A stretch of 63,486 bases of DNA, filler included, from 4 parts of 4 records of this genome joined end to end with filler, not necessarily neighbours in it, one strand, 5' to 3'; counted from the first letter of the whole stretch, positions 11,063-23,660 are shown. The notes: a model not told the origin generated them from the sequence alone. Translations and numbers: made by a program.

Positions 11063-13750
11063 ATGGCCGCATCTAGCACTGGTGAACGTGTCATTGCTGT
11101 GCGCGGCAACGTCGTGGTTGTGTCACCCACCCGGGTGCTCTGCCCAGGTATGTGAAACCTGGTGGCGTTCCCTCAGTTGGGCCCGCTTGTATTCATCAAC
11201 TTTAGTTTCCCTTTTAGAATTTGTGTTTAATTAAGTGGTAGTATGCTTACGCAAGCTGACGCCTTTCGTGTAGGCTTTGTTCTCACTGATGAGCATGGGC
11301 AGATATCTGAAATAGCCACGAGCTTGGATCATCTTGAGAGCCCGCCGACAAAGGTGTTGGAAGGAGATATCGTTGTTCCAGGTATTATCAGCAGAAGTGC
11401 TCAGGCAGTCGTTTAATGGAGTGCGCGCGCAGGGTTTGTGGATATTCATAACCATGGGATGGGAGGTGCAGCAGACGTGCTGGACTACTGGTCCAATCCG
11501 GACCATACTCTAAAGCTCCTGGCAGAGCAAGGCACAACATCGGTCCTCGCTTCACTGGTGTTCCCCGAGGACAGCAGTCAGAGAATTGATGCTGCATTTG
11601 CGGCGGTAGATGGGGCGTGCAGTGTGGTCAAGGTTGGTTGTATATGGGTCTTGTTTGGAAATGGTCTCACACATGTTCTGATGCCAGCCGGGTGCTGCTG
11701 TACTCGAGGGAGTTCATGCAGAGGGCCCGCTTATTACCACGCGGGGCGGCCTTCCGGAGAACAACGAATACAGCACACGTGAAGCCGTGGAGGCTATAAT
11801 CGAACGCGTTCCTGCCCTCAAGGTGATGACCATATCTCCATCGGCTGATGCCAAGATGGACTATGCAGCGATGACTGCAGTTATACAGCGTGGAGCGGTG
11901 CCTGCGTTAGGCCACGACAAAGTCGCAACGGAAGAAGATATCCTCGGTGCCCTCCGGTTGGCCGGTAAACTTGGGTCACGCGTGCACTGTACGCACCTTT
12001 ATAATGTCATGTCGTTTCACCACCGCGACCCGTCTCTCGTCAATATCGGTCTTCTCCCCAGCTTTCCTCAGCTGCCGAGATACGAGGGGTGCGCAGAGCC
12101 GTCAGTAGAAGTGATCGGCGACTCGTTCCACGTGTCTGCTCCGGCAGTACAGCTTGCGATTGCCGCCAAGAAGGCTACCTCGGGCAAAGTCTGCTTCGTG
12201 ACTGATGCGATTGCACAGTCGTCGCCCGGCTTTTCTGCACATTACTGTGGCAGGCCAGTACGAGTAGCCCCAGACGGGATGAGAGTATTCGCAGCTGAGT
12301 CGGATACGCTTGTCGGGAGTTGTGCGTTTGTTATTGACGCATTTCGGAGGCTGGTCAACGACCATGGTGTCGAGCTTGCTGATGCTGTGGGGATGTGCTC
12401 AACTAACCCAGCCGCTATTGCTGGCATTCGAGAGGCCGGGACGCTCAATACTGGGACACGTGCCGACATGCTCCTTCTTGACTCAAAACTGGGCCTTCAA
12501 TATACCGTAGTGGCCGGCAGGGTCGCCCATTGCAATGTGACCCGTGTTATGGTGTGCGGGGCGGGAGGGGAGGCCCAAATGGGAACTGGGAACCTGGACG
12601 ACCTGCATGCGCCCACTCCGTGGCCATCAGGGCAGCCCTCCGCCCACATCATGTGTCTCAGTCCATCAGGACTCCATGGCGGAATGGTCACAACACAGCG
12701 CAAGATGTACATGTGGGGCACCAAGAATTTTGGCCAGATTGGTGACGGTGAAGTGACATCCAGTGACGTTGAAGTGCTTCCGAGAGAAATTGACCTTCCT
12801 GGAGATGTGCATGCGCGCAGTGTTAGCGCGGGATGGTGGCATTCGGCGGCCATTGACCATGAAGGCGGAGTGTGGGCGTGGGGGAGGAATACCAATGGCC
12901 AGGCGGGACATGAAGAAATCGCAGAACCGGTCAAGTTGCCTCAACAAGTCCATCTGCCTGTGCGTGCTGTCAATGTCAGCTGTGGAATGAAGCACACATT
13001 GGTGTTGGGGGACGACGGGAGACCATATGGGTTTGGATGTGGCAAAGATGGACAACTGGGCTCTTCCGTAGATAAATCAAGCGGCGTCACTTGCACGGCT
13101 GCCCGCCCGATAACTGGCCTGGGAAGCATGTTTATTGTCCAGATTGCGGCAGGCGGTGCACATTCTGGATTCCTGACCGAAACGGGAAGGGTATATATGT
13201 GCGGAAAAGGAAAGAACGGCCAGCTTGGCACTGGGGCAACCGAGTCCTCGAGGGTGCCAATCTGCGTTGCAGGACTACCTCCAGTGCGGAAAATCAGTGT
13301 TGGATGGTCCCATTCGTTGGCCCTGTCCCGTTTTGGCGTCGTGTACTCATGGGGTCGTAATGACTTTGGTCAAGTTGGATCGGGAGGTGCCGAACCAGTT
13401 GTCCCAGTTGCAACAAGGATCACGGTCGGATCCACGCACGAGAAGGTTAGTGACATTGCATGTGGTGCTGAGCATTGCGTGGCAACTACAAGTAAGTGAC
13501 TTTGTTGTGAGAAAACTTATGTGAAACACTAATGCGACAAAGGTACCGGCGAAGCGTACACATGGGGCTGGGCGGATCACGGACAACTGGGCCATGGGGA
13601 TACAGTCGACCGTCGCGAACCGACGCACTTGAGAGGCTTGGATCCTGTCCAGCAAGTTCATGCAGGTATGGCATAATTGCGCTGTGCATTTATGGAGTCT
13701 GATCCGCGAAATTCCAAGGTGGGGCTGTCACTTTCTTCATCCTGAAGTGA
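11063..13750 (+). CDS. N-acetylglucosamine-6-phosphate deacetylase (NagA) fused to C-terminal RCC1 beta-propeller repeats, multi-exon
   Basis: NagA motifs PGFVDIHNHG, GVHAEGP, LGHD, THLYNVM, IGDSFHV, FVTDAI, LVGS and STNPA. The same exon continues into RCC1 repeats (WGTKNFGQIG, SAGWWHS, WGRNTNGQAG, SCGMKHT, AAGGAHS, CGKGKNGQLG, SVGWSHS, WGRNDFGQVG, WGWADHGQLG). Confidence 0.88.
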
Positions 13751-13769
13751 ACACGCGCATCTCCTTTCT

Positions 13770-15914
13770 TTACAGTTCCGAATGGCGAGGAGGCCCGTGC
13801 ATTCCCATGCCAGAGAAGAACATGATCACCTCTGCGGACAGCATGAAAAGTACAAACAGAATAAGTTTGGTTTGCCTTGGAACAGCAGGGGACTTTTCCG
13901 CCTTTCTTGCAGCACTTCCAATTTTCTTGCGCTTCGCCTCCAGGTCCTCAGCGCGGGCAAGCTCCTCCTCATAGGAATCAACAGCATCTTCCACCTCTTC
14001 CTCCTCAGATAATTCGATCTCGCCCTGTGGTACAATGAGCAAAGGGATGACAAATCCCAGCAAAACGAATACCCACTTTCTGGTATAGTGTATATGCGTG
14101 GGGGACTACATCGTTGTAAATGGTCCTCAGTACCACCGTGCAAAGCTCTAAGAACTGCGGGTCGCTTAGATACGTGAAAAGGGAGAAGAAACCCACTGGT
14201 CCACGCTTCCCCTGGGACACATTCTTTCCCTCAGACCAAGATATTGTGGACGGCGGAGATGATGCAACGTTGCTCATCTTGAGAACGGACTCGGTGAAGT
14301 ACGGATTCTTGTTGAACTCGAATTCGGCCTGGTAAGTCATATTCTTCAAAGCGAGTTAGGTCACAAAGTCTCAGTACAAAATATACCAGGTATCATACCG
14401 ACATATTGTGCTCAACGCGTACATCACGCAAATAGGCCAATACATCCTGAGCACAAATCAGAAAATGCGTGATCATCCCACTTTCCTTCGTACCAAATCC
14501 GCCGTGCGGATGATCTGACGAACATCATCATGATTCTTCAGCGCCGTCAGCCAAAAGAGAGACAACGCGGAGTCAGGATTAGACTTCATCTCGGAAGACA
14601 AAATATCACATCGCTGCACGAAGAGAATTAGCCATTCCACAACCCGAGCCTTGTTGATAACCACACACCTCCTCGTACAGTCCCTTCATAGTGTTGGCAT
14701 GTTTGGCAACAGTTTCATCTTTTTTCTCTTGATACACTGTATAAAATTTGTTGATAGTTTCCTGAATGTCTTTGAGGTTTTTGAGCCGTTCTTGGACGGC
14801 GACCGAGAATGAAAGCATATCCTCGTTCTGATCGTCCTGGAAAATAGGTCAGAGCCCACCGCGCCATCCTCACTGTGCCACCCACATCATTCAAGTCACG
14901 GTGGGGACCCAGAAGGTTGCAGTCCATAAAGTATGAGTACGCATGGGGAACCAGGCTCTCCTTGATGTGGGAGGACAAATCCAAGTCGGACTTGACATAC
15001 TGTTCCTGGGGACACGCGAAGAAGTGGAAGAAGCTGGCCTGACGCTTCTGCTTCTGCTTTCCATCTGATGAGCAAGGCTTAGGAAGGCAAGAAGTGGCCA
15101 TACACTGCAAGAACTTACCCTTATCGACCTTCCCTTTGGCCCCCTTCTTGTTCCCCCCCTTTCCAACGGTTTTCACGGTGTAGTTCATATTAGGCTTCCA
15201 ATCGATTTCAGTGCTGCATTTCATGTCAACAACAACGGTATCTCGGTGCTCAATGCATACCCTTCGATCCGGATCTTCGCGTCCTTCCCATGAATCGTGT
15301 AAGTTTTGGAAAGCGTCCTGTTCGTAAAGTAATCATTCTTTGCAAAGGTGAACTCCAATTTCAGGCCGCCCTGCAATAAATTAGACCACGTGTTCCTTCG
15401 CCCAATAAGGGCGTCGTTGAACTTACTCCGGGCTGTGGCTTGACGGTGACATCTTCCAAATCCTGCAGGACATCTTCATCATCACGAGACACCATCTCAG
15501 TAAGGCGAACGTCGTTCTGCATGGCAGTGAGCCAGAATGATGGCACTCCCACTTCCTCTTCGTCCTCTTCCAATCCATCCTCGTCGTCTGCGGCCGTCCG
15601 TCAGGTTACACAAGATCAATATGTGCAGTCTACCCACCTTCCGCCTTCTTGGCCTTGGCAGCCTCGCCCACGCCCTTCACGATTGCAGCACGCTTGTTGA
15701 ATGACTTCGAGCACTTTGAGAAGAAGTCGGGGAATAGCTTCTCTACATCCTGGAGCTGCAAGTCCAAGGCTTCCCCAATACGTTTCTACGAAACTATAAT
15801 TAAAACACACTCTCCACTCCTCAACCTTTCTAATGTGAACATACGCTGTTATCCTCTAGCTTTGCAAGTGCCATGCCTACCAATATCTTCGCTACTATAC
15901 GTGAGGAAGGTCAT
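13770..15914 (-). CDS. Nucleosome assembly protein (NAP/SET)-like protein with two tandem NAP domains and a C-terminal hydrophobic segment, multi-exon
   Basis: Two copies of NAP motifs: VPSFWLTAMQN/LEFTFAKNDYFTN/TEIDWK/SFFHFF/LVPHAYSYF and FWLTALKN/FEFNKNPYFTE/TISWSEGKN/GFFSLF/VVPHAYTLY. Ends KLILFVLFMLSAEVIMFFSGMG...RHSEL*. Start approximate. Confidence 0.8.
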
Positions 15915-15994
15915 ATCTAAAACCACGTGAGGACTAAAGACACCAAAAAATTGTCGCCGGACTGCGGGTTTACCTCATCTTGACCCTGAGTTCC

Positions 15995-16290
15995 CAGCCA
16001 CGACGGCCCTGCAGCCGGCCGCACGAGGCGGCCCCAGGCGGGTGGCCGCGGCCTGGCCGGCCGGTCGGCAGGGTGCGGCGGGCCGTGTCATTCCGTGCAC
16101 GGTACAAACATCGCGACTGGACCCGGACCGGCCAACGCTACTGAAGCCCGGCCGGACCGGCCGGGCCGACACGGCAGCACTCGGCACCCGCGCGGCACCC
16201 GGCAAGCCCGGCCAGACCTCCGAGATGGCGGAAGCCTCGGGCTTTACGGCCCGGCAGCCGGCCACCGGGCGCAGACCCAACGGCGATCGA
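15995..16290. promoter_or_regulatory. GC-rich island at NAP / SCC3 divergent junction
   Basis: G/C-rich block between head-to-head genes. Confidence 0.6.
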
Positions 16291-16696
16291 CCGGATTTCT
16301 GGAGTCATGCTTCATTTTGTAGTCAACAAGACTACCCTCGATTTTACGAGTTGGCGGGAGTTTTTTGGCGCCAACCACTGGTGGCACTGATCTCATCAGT
16401 GAGGAGCAGTGCTGGCTGGCGGCCGATGCAAGCCGTTCAGCCGAGTGATCCGGACCAGGGTGAGTCTCACTGGTCGGCGGTCACTGAGGCAGCCTACTAA
16501 GCACACCTTGCCGAGGCCGCTCACGCTGCCACTTCCCATGGCTATGCTGAGAGAGCTTTTGCGCGGCATCGTGCCTCCACCTTTCAGCCCAAAGGCGGGG
16601 CTGCTCCTCGGCTTTTGCTCTTTCCTTGCTTAGACCCTGGCGCGACATGATATTTATGCAAGTGCTTGCGATGTGGCGAGGATGGTGAGTTTCAGT

Positions 16697-19600
16697 ATGG
16701 CAGGAACTGAAGAGAGGAGAAGAAGCCTGCGAAACCGCGACAAAGTTGTCCTGTACAACGAGAATGAAGCGGCGAAGGCTCAAATGACACAAGAGGCTGA
16801 GGATGCTGATTTTGAGACACCAAAAAGCAAAAAGAGCCGCAAGGTTGGTTATTTGTTATATATTGCGTTTCCAATCGTTTCTGACTTTTCAACAGAGCAC
16901 TGGGCAAGAGTCTACTTCGCAGCCCCCATCACAACCCCGATCCAATAAGAGTAATAGGAGCGCTGGCAGGCGCGTTTCCACAGGCAGTCGCATGTCCGTT
17001 GGCAGTACCAAGCATGGTGCTCCCAAAGTACCAAGCAAGGGGCTGATCGGAGAGCTTGGCGCCAGTGGTGTTGATGTGGAAGAGCTTGTGAAGCAGTGGA
17101 TTGTCCAGTTCAAGGCTCTGGACGTGAATGGGGAGGAAGATGCTGAAATGAGGTCAACTGCCTTACAAAGGCTCCTCAATTTGGTGCTGCATGCCGCTGG
17201 GTTCTCCTCCGAAGATGGCGATGATGCTCCCTTGACTGTTGAACAAATCATGGATGCTGACATCGAGGTTGACAAGGTAATCGATAACATTGTTGAGGAA
17301 TGTCCTGTAAAGGGAGGCTCCTTGCTCTTCAACTTTGGCGACAAAGCTCTCAAGACGCTTCACAACAACTTCGAGCAATTCTGGACTGCGTTAGTTGAGA
17401 TTGGTGAAGCTGAGGGATTACTCGATGAGCCTGAGTTCCATGAGAACGTCATGACATATCTTGCTGTGGGATCCACATCGCGCTTGCGTCCTCTGCGCCT
17501 TGCAAGCACCTGCGCCTCGCAGAAATATCTGGAGGGTCTGGTGAAGGCTGCTGCAACGGCCACCAAGGAGATTGAAAACGACACAGACATGCTTGAGAAG
17601 GAGAAGAAGGGCAAGAAGAAAGACAAGGACAACAAGGAGCGTATTTCGATGTTGGAGGGGAGAATCGAAGCCAATGAGAAGACCGTGTCTGATTCCGACC
17701 GTCTTGCGGACGAGATGTTCAAGGCCATTACTGTACACCGTTACAGAGATGTGGATGAGAAAGTACGCGAGATGGTGATTCGCAGCCTCACTGATTGCGT
17801 TTCACTCTACCCAACCAAGTTTGGCAAGCCGTCATACACCAAGTATGTTGGCTGGACCCTGTTTGACACCGATGCTGCGGTAAGGTGTGCTGCGGTAGAG
17901 AGTCTCATTCGTATGTGCAATGATCTCGAGGATGCAACGGGTGTTCTTGGCGACTTCATTGACCGCTTCACTGAACGTATTGTTTCCATGGTTATCGATG
18001 TCAACCCATCAGTGTGCGCTCTTACCCTTGAGCTTCTTATTGTGATGAACGAAAAGCTAGGCCGCGAAGTTTTGACAGATGACCAAGTCCAGACAACATG
18101 CCAGTTGTTGCGCGAGAAAAACCCGAAAATTTCTGCCGCTGCGGCCAAGTTTGTAGAAACTGTCGTAATGGGAGACTTGCGTAGATCCAGCAACAGTGGA
18201 GGTTCCAGCAAGTCTAAGTCCAAAAAGAACAAGGACCGCGAGATAGCAATGCAGACTATGGAGATCAAGGAGCATGTCACCATCTTGAAGACTATCTTGG
18301 AGCCAGGAGACAAGATTAATGATGTCGTTGACACACTTTGGGGGTACTCCGCCGTCCTCCGCGAAGTGAGTCTCATGGGGTCCATTCTATTGCGGAGAGC
18401 AGAGGTACACACTGATGGAAATGGAAACGAAGAAGATGACTTGGATGACGAAGAGACTGCTATTCTGGCTCGTATGATGTGTGTTTGTCTAAAGCGCCTT
18501 TCCGGCAAGTCGATCTCCGGAGACGCATACGAACCCTCAAATTCATCTGCAAAGCAGACAAAGAAAGACATAGACAAGTATGAAGCTGAATGCGGAGAGC
18601 TAGGTGGATTGCTGGAGGATCTTCTCACAGCGTACAAGCCGGAAGAATCCATCTTGATCCATATTGCTGAATTGCCTTTATACATGAACTTGAGTGAATT
18701 CGGTGGAAGGTCACGTGACAGTTTCAAGAAGTCCCTGGATATTCTGTCGAAGTCTTTCTTGTCCACTCAAGATGATGGCGTGTCTCAATCCATTGGAAGT
18801 ACCCTGCTGCACCTCGCGATGAACGAACACGCCATGAGAGAGGAATCTGCCAGGAAGGTCATGGGATTGTCTGATCAGCTGAGGAAGACTTTTTCAAATG
18901 AGATGGTTAAGGCGAAGAGCAGGCCTGATGTATTGCATCGTACGATGCACAAGCTCAATATCATCATCAGTGAAAGTGAGCACGATGCTGACCTTGTATA
19001 TGGTGACTTGTGGGATGAGCTTATGGGACTTCTGGAGAAATGTATTGATGCTGATTTCACGGAAACAGTTTCGGTGCCAATGATGAATCTCCTGACAACC
19101 ATATTTGTCAATAGCACGAGAGGTATCATCATGAGTGCCGAAGAGGAAGATGGTATCAACTTTGACGCTGCCCTTGTGGGCCACAACAAGGAGGCTCGCG
19201 ATAATCTTCTCCGGGGTCTAGAGGAGATGATGAGACTGGGATCTGATGTTGTCAAAACTGTTGCCTTTGAACAGGTTTGTGAGATTTGCCAGTGGACAGG
19301 AGAGATGGTCACGGAGACATGTGAGCAGCTTCGCCTGAAACATATTGAGGCTAACAATAGTGAAGATGAAGCCGAGAAACCCAAGCGTGGAAAGGGCAAG
19401 GGAAAGAAAGCGAAGCAAGGTCTTGATGAAGAATCCCTTGAACAACTTGCAGATTTGAAGCTTGAGCCGTCAGAAAGCCTTATTGACTGCATGCTCGCTA
19501 CCTTTGACGAGGCCATGGACACTTATGCTGTGCTTCCTGGCTATTACGATGACTGTGCAGAGGGTGCCGAAGATGTTGCCTCTTCCGTTAGAAAGCAGCG

Positions 19601-20513
19601 GTTGCTGTGTGAATTCTCTAAGGCCTTCATAAGGAATTATCACATGTTTGATTTGTGTGCGCCCCGTGTTCTGCGCCACTACATCAACTCAGATGTCAAG
19701 GATACAGTGAAACAGGTTTACCATAGCATCAAGGGCATTGTTGACCAGCCCTGGAAGATTGAATTCACATCGCTTACCCAGGTAGGTTCTATTTTGTCAA
19801 ATGCTTCTTGGATTCGTTTTAATTGTAGGATTGCAGTTGTATGAGAGCATTGTGGATGCCCGCGCAAACAAAGAGAAGAAACTGGCCGAGAACTTGAAGA
19901 ATGATCTTATGCAGCTTTCCAAGGCAATGTCTAAGTTCTATTTCCAATATCAGAGCAAGGATGCCAGAGGACAGTCTCCTATCTCCAAATTGATTGCGAG
20001 GTCCCTTAGCTATGCTCTTTCCAAGGGCGAAAATTACCTCCTTTTCTTGGAGTATGCCATGACACCCTATGTCAAGCGTGTTAGCCAGCGTGATGCTTAC
20101 GAGCTTCGCAAAACTCTTCGGAACGAGTGGAGCGAAAAGATCGATGAGCTTTCCGGAAATGCCGCTCTTGATGCATTCTTTGAGGAACTGGAGGCTCGTG
20201 CAAATGGTGGTGCACCCAGGCACGCTGACGTTGGCGAAGTTGAAGAAGAACCTGTTTCTCGCCGCCTGTCAATGAATGACGAGGCTGCTAGAACCGGCGA
20301 TGAGCCCGAAGAGGAAGAGGAGGAACGATCCCAGGAGCCAGATGAGGATGAGTTCCGCGAAGAGTTGGAGTAAGTTTTCTCTCGCCCTTGTTCGTGTGTA
20401 AGCGTTTGACCATGTGTGTTAGGGATAGCAACGATGGCGAGGGCAATTATGAACAGCCATCACAGGTCGACCCTGCCGTTTTGAATAACTCAAAGAGACC
20501 TCGTAGAAGATAG
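16697..20513 (+). CDS. SCC3: Cohesin subunit SCC3/STAG (stromalin), multi-exon
   Basis: STAG domain (STSRLRPLRLAST) and SCD motif VHRYRDVDEKVR...YTKYVGWTLFD..VR...FIDRFTERIVSM..D. Short introns near 16844, 19782 and 20370. Confidence 0.92.
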
Positions 20514-20576
20514 TTATGTATAAAATCACAGAATAGCACCTGGCTAGTCGCTTTCGCCGCCACCACCTGCCTCCTA

Positions 20577-21672
20577 CTAGTTGACCCCTTCAGATTTTTG
20601 TCCATCACCGGCGTTGGTTGGAACAGTTAGCTTCGCTCCAACAGACTCGAGCAAGTCAACAATTATGGGGTCCCCTCCAGAACGAATGATCTCCTTGAGA
20701 GGAGTCCATCCAACATCATCAACAATATTGGGCTGAAGGCCCTCACACCCCACCAAGAACTCAACGATATCTGCGTGTTTCTGATAGCAAGCAACATGAA
20801 GGATTGTCTTCCCCCCTTGCTTCTTCAGGTTGACATCAGCCCCTTCTTGTATGAGAAGTTTCAATATGGTCAGGTTGCCCCGGAAGCAGCAATAGTGTGG
20901 GGCAGTCCACCCACTGTTGTCTTGGTGGTTCGGATCCGAACCATTCGCAATCAAGAATTTTACAACCAGGTCTCGCTCAAGTTCGCATGCCCATTGCAAC
21001 GCGGTCCGACCATTCTTGGCTACAAGGTTCACGTCGGCTCCTCTTTCCACAAGAATTTGCACCATGTGGTCCTGGCTAAATACTGAAAAATCAACCCTGG
21101 CATTAGAGAGGATACCTTCACACACACAAAATGCAACATACAGCAAGCCCACATGAGCGCGGTCAAGCCAGCATTGTTTTGAAGATTTGGATCTGTTCCT
21201 TCGTCTAGCAATCTCTCTGCAACCTCGGGATGGCCGTTGCAAGCTGCAATCATCAAAGGAGTCCGGTCCTGGTCATCACGTAAGCGCATATTGGTACTCG
21301 TTTTCTGAAGATGATATTCCAAGGAAGAGATGTCTCCTGCACGAGCAGCATCATGAATGGTCGTATTTCTAGGATTGACCTGATATGCAAACAGGAGCAG
21401 TCAGATATCATTGCAGACCCATCAGGACCATCATACATCGACCGTCGAGTTTTCATGCTTCCTGTTAAGATACTACTGGGAAACTAAGTACCCGAGTCGT
21501 CATTACCCCATTTCGACACTTACTTCCTCCGCCAAGACTCCACCAAACAGAGCTTTAAAGTTCAATGGGTCCCTGCACTACATCAGAACCTGATACCTTT
21601 TTGCATCGTGCATACTTACGCCCTTCTCGAGGTTTTAGTGTTATCCTCAGGCTGACTCCTTCTAGTATTCAT
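20577..21672 (-). CDS. Ankyrin-repeat protein, multi-exon
   Basis: Repeats TIHDAARAG, RTPLMIAACNGH, LTALMWAC, GRTALQWAC, GWTAPHYCC, GKTILHVAC, GWTPLKE. Confidence 0.88.
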
Positions 21673-21829
21673 GCCACGTGCGGTTTGTCCCGACCGGGCA
21701 GTCTGCATTGAAGTTCTGCTCGTAGCCATACCTAAAAAATGGACTTCTTCGTTCCTCTAGTGTGTGTAGTTGATACATCGTTTTTATGTAGTGGCAATTG
21801 CTGTCTGTGTCGCAATGCCACAACATGTC

Positions 21830-22320
21830 GCAAGCGCCGCCTGCACGCCGGTCACAGGTCACTCGCCCCAGGGGTGGGCGGCGCCGGCGGTGTCGTTGTC
21901 ATGTTCACCGGACGCGCGGGCGCACCTCGCGCTGCCGCGGCGCCAGGGCCCCGCTCTCGAGCTGGGGCCGGGTGCGGGCGCGCGCCGCGGGCCCGGGGAC
22001 CTCAGTTTTAGTTGTCCCCGACTCGCCCTCCGCCTGCTCATGCCGTGATTGACCGAGAGCCCCCGGCCTGCCGCGTGCTGGCAGCGGCGTACCGGTCGGC
22101 GCGGCCGGCGCGGCCACCGGCCGGGGGGCGGACCCCCCGGGGCGATCAGCCCCGGCGCCCTCGGGCTCCCCCCGGGCCGGGCCCGGCCGCGAGCCGCCCC
22201 CGCGGAGCGGCGCCGCGGCGGCCCGCCCCGCACCCTCCCCACGCAGTCCGGCTGGTCACTGGCAGCGCCGGGGCCGCGCACTGGCAGCGCCGGGGCCGCG
22301 CACGCCGGTGATGAACCGCT
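21830..22320. promoter_or_regulatory. GC-rich island upstream of ankyrin gene, containing a 22-bp tandem duplication (22257-22303)
   Basis: Near-pure G/C. CACTGGCAGCGCCGGGGCCGCG occurs twice in tandem. Confidence 0.6.
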
Positions 22321-22369
22321 AGCCACCAGGCACCCTGTTGACACTTGTACCTCCTTTCCACATGAATCT

Positions 22370-23660
22370 TTTTAAAAGGTGAAACCTCGTTATAGCGATT
22401 GGGACAGGAATCTTGAGCTGATGTCCGCTGAGAAGTTGACAGAATCACGTGCTCTATAAACTGATGTCCGCTGCGGGGTTGACAGAATCACATGCTCTGT
22501 ACTGTTGTGTTTCATTGGTACCTCATTTCAGTGAGTCAAACCCCCTCACGTACGGACAATTTGCAAGACGTCTTTCTTCTGAGTGTCCGCCCTACTGATT
22601 CATGATTTCAGTTTGGTCACTGCATCTGAAGCGCTCTTTAAGACGTCTTGTTTATCTTTAGATTAGGCGGACAATGCTAAGTCATGTGACAGACTGGGCG
22701 GACACAATGCTAGTCCGTGACGTGTTGATCATGTCATGACCAAATGATGTCTACGTCATGTGACATGACGTCGCCGTCGTCGGGGTTATCTCTCATTCGG
22801 GCGGACACCACTTTCATGAACAGTTGGCTCTGCCGCCAGCATCGCGAATCGGCAGGGGGTGCTGATGATTGCCAATGATTGCTCATCACTGATCATCACT
22901 GAGAGGTGGCCACTCCCCATCCGTGTCAAGCAGGGGGAGCTCATCAGTCGCCATGCCATCTCGTAACCTCAACCTCCAACTGGGCCACTCAAACTCAAAC
23001 GGGACAGGCTCAACTGGCCCAAATATACATCTATGTTTCCCGAAAAAAGAAGTAAATAATAGAAGCAGAGACGCCAGAAGCATAAGATGACCTGCCCCGC
23101 AGAAATAATCGCATCAGCGTGGCAGAAGGCCCCCGCTCGGAAACGCGTTCCTGAAAATAATGGCTTCGAGAACGAGGATGGGATACGCCTGCAGATAGTA
23201 TCACAGGCGTTCCAAGAGGCGTTGAAAAAGCCACCTACCCGGAAACGCACGCAGGAAAATGGTGATTTCACCAATGAAGATGGGAAAGAATATTTATCGT
23301 TGTTGATAGGAAGCACTTCACCTACACAGTGCACAACCCAAAAAAATTGTGTGGCGGCACCATTGATCGTGAATGCACTTGCTAGGTTGGATAGCTCTCA
23401 AATTGTAGGCAATATTACAGTTGAATATGACATGGACTTGGCCTCGGATATGGAAGAAGGTTGAAGAGTCTACGATTAGTAGGCAGGAACGAATAGTCGA
23501 GAGAAAGTTTCATATCTGGAACAGTTGCAGATTGAAAGAGTAGCGTGGGTGACCGGCACTCCAACATGGCAACAAAACTGCGGGTCAACCCCCTCTAGTC
23601 TAATACTATATTCATGATAGTAAATAGTGAAGCTCCTAAACACGTTATTTCTAGCAGGAC
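22370..23660. mobile_element. Possible degenerate DNA-transposon relic / inserted segment
   Basis: Lower GC. GTGAAACCTCGTTATAGCGA (22379-22398) resembles pogo/Tigger-type termini. Clustered GCGGACA motifs and only broken ORFs. No transposase or partner TIR seen. Confidence 0.3.
22418..22498. repeat. Imperfect 38-bp direct repeat (2 copies)
   Basis: ctgatgtccgctg-NNNN-gttgacagaatcacRtgctct at 22418-22455 and 22461-22498 (34/38 identical). Confidence 0.85.

Noticed and set aside
12540-13750. RCC1 repeats as a UVR8 UV-B photoreceptor
   Set aside because: The three GWRHT motifs are missing; only GWWHS and GWSHS are present.
22418-22498. Direct repeats as a CRISPR array
   Set aside because: Only two copies with a 5-bp gap, in a eukaryotic contig with no cas genes.
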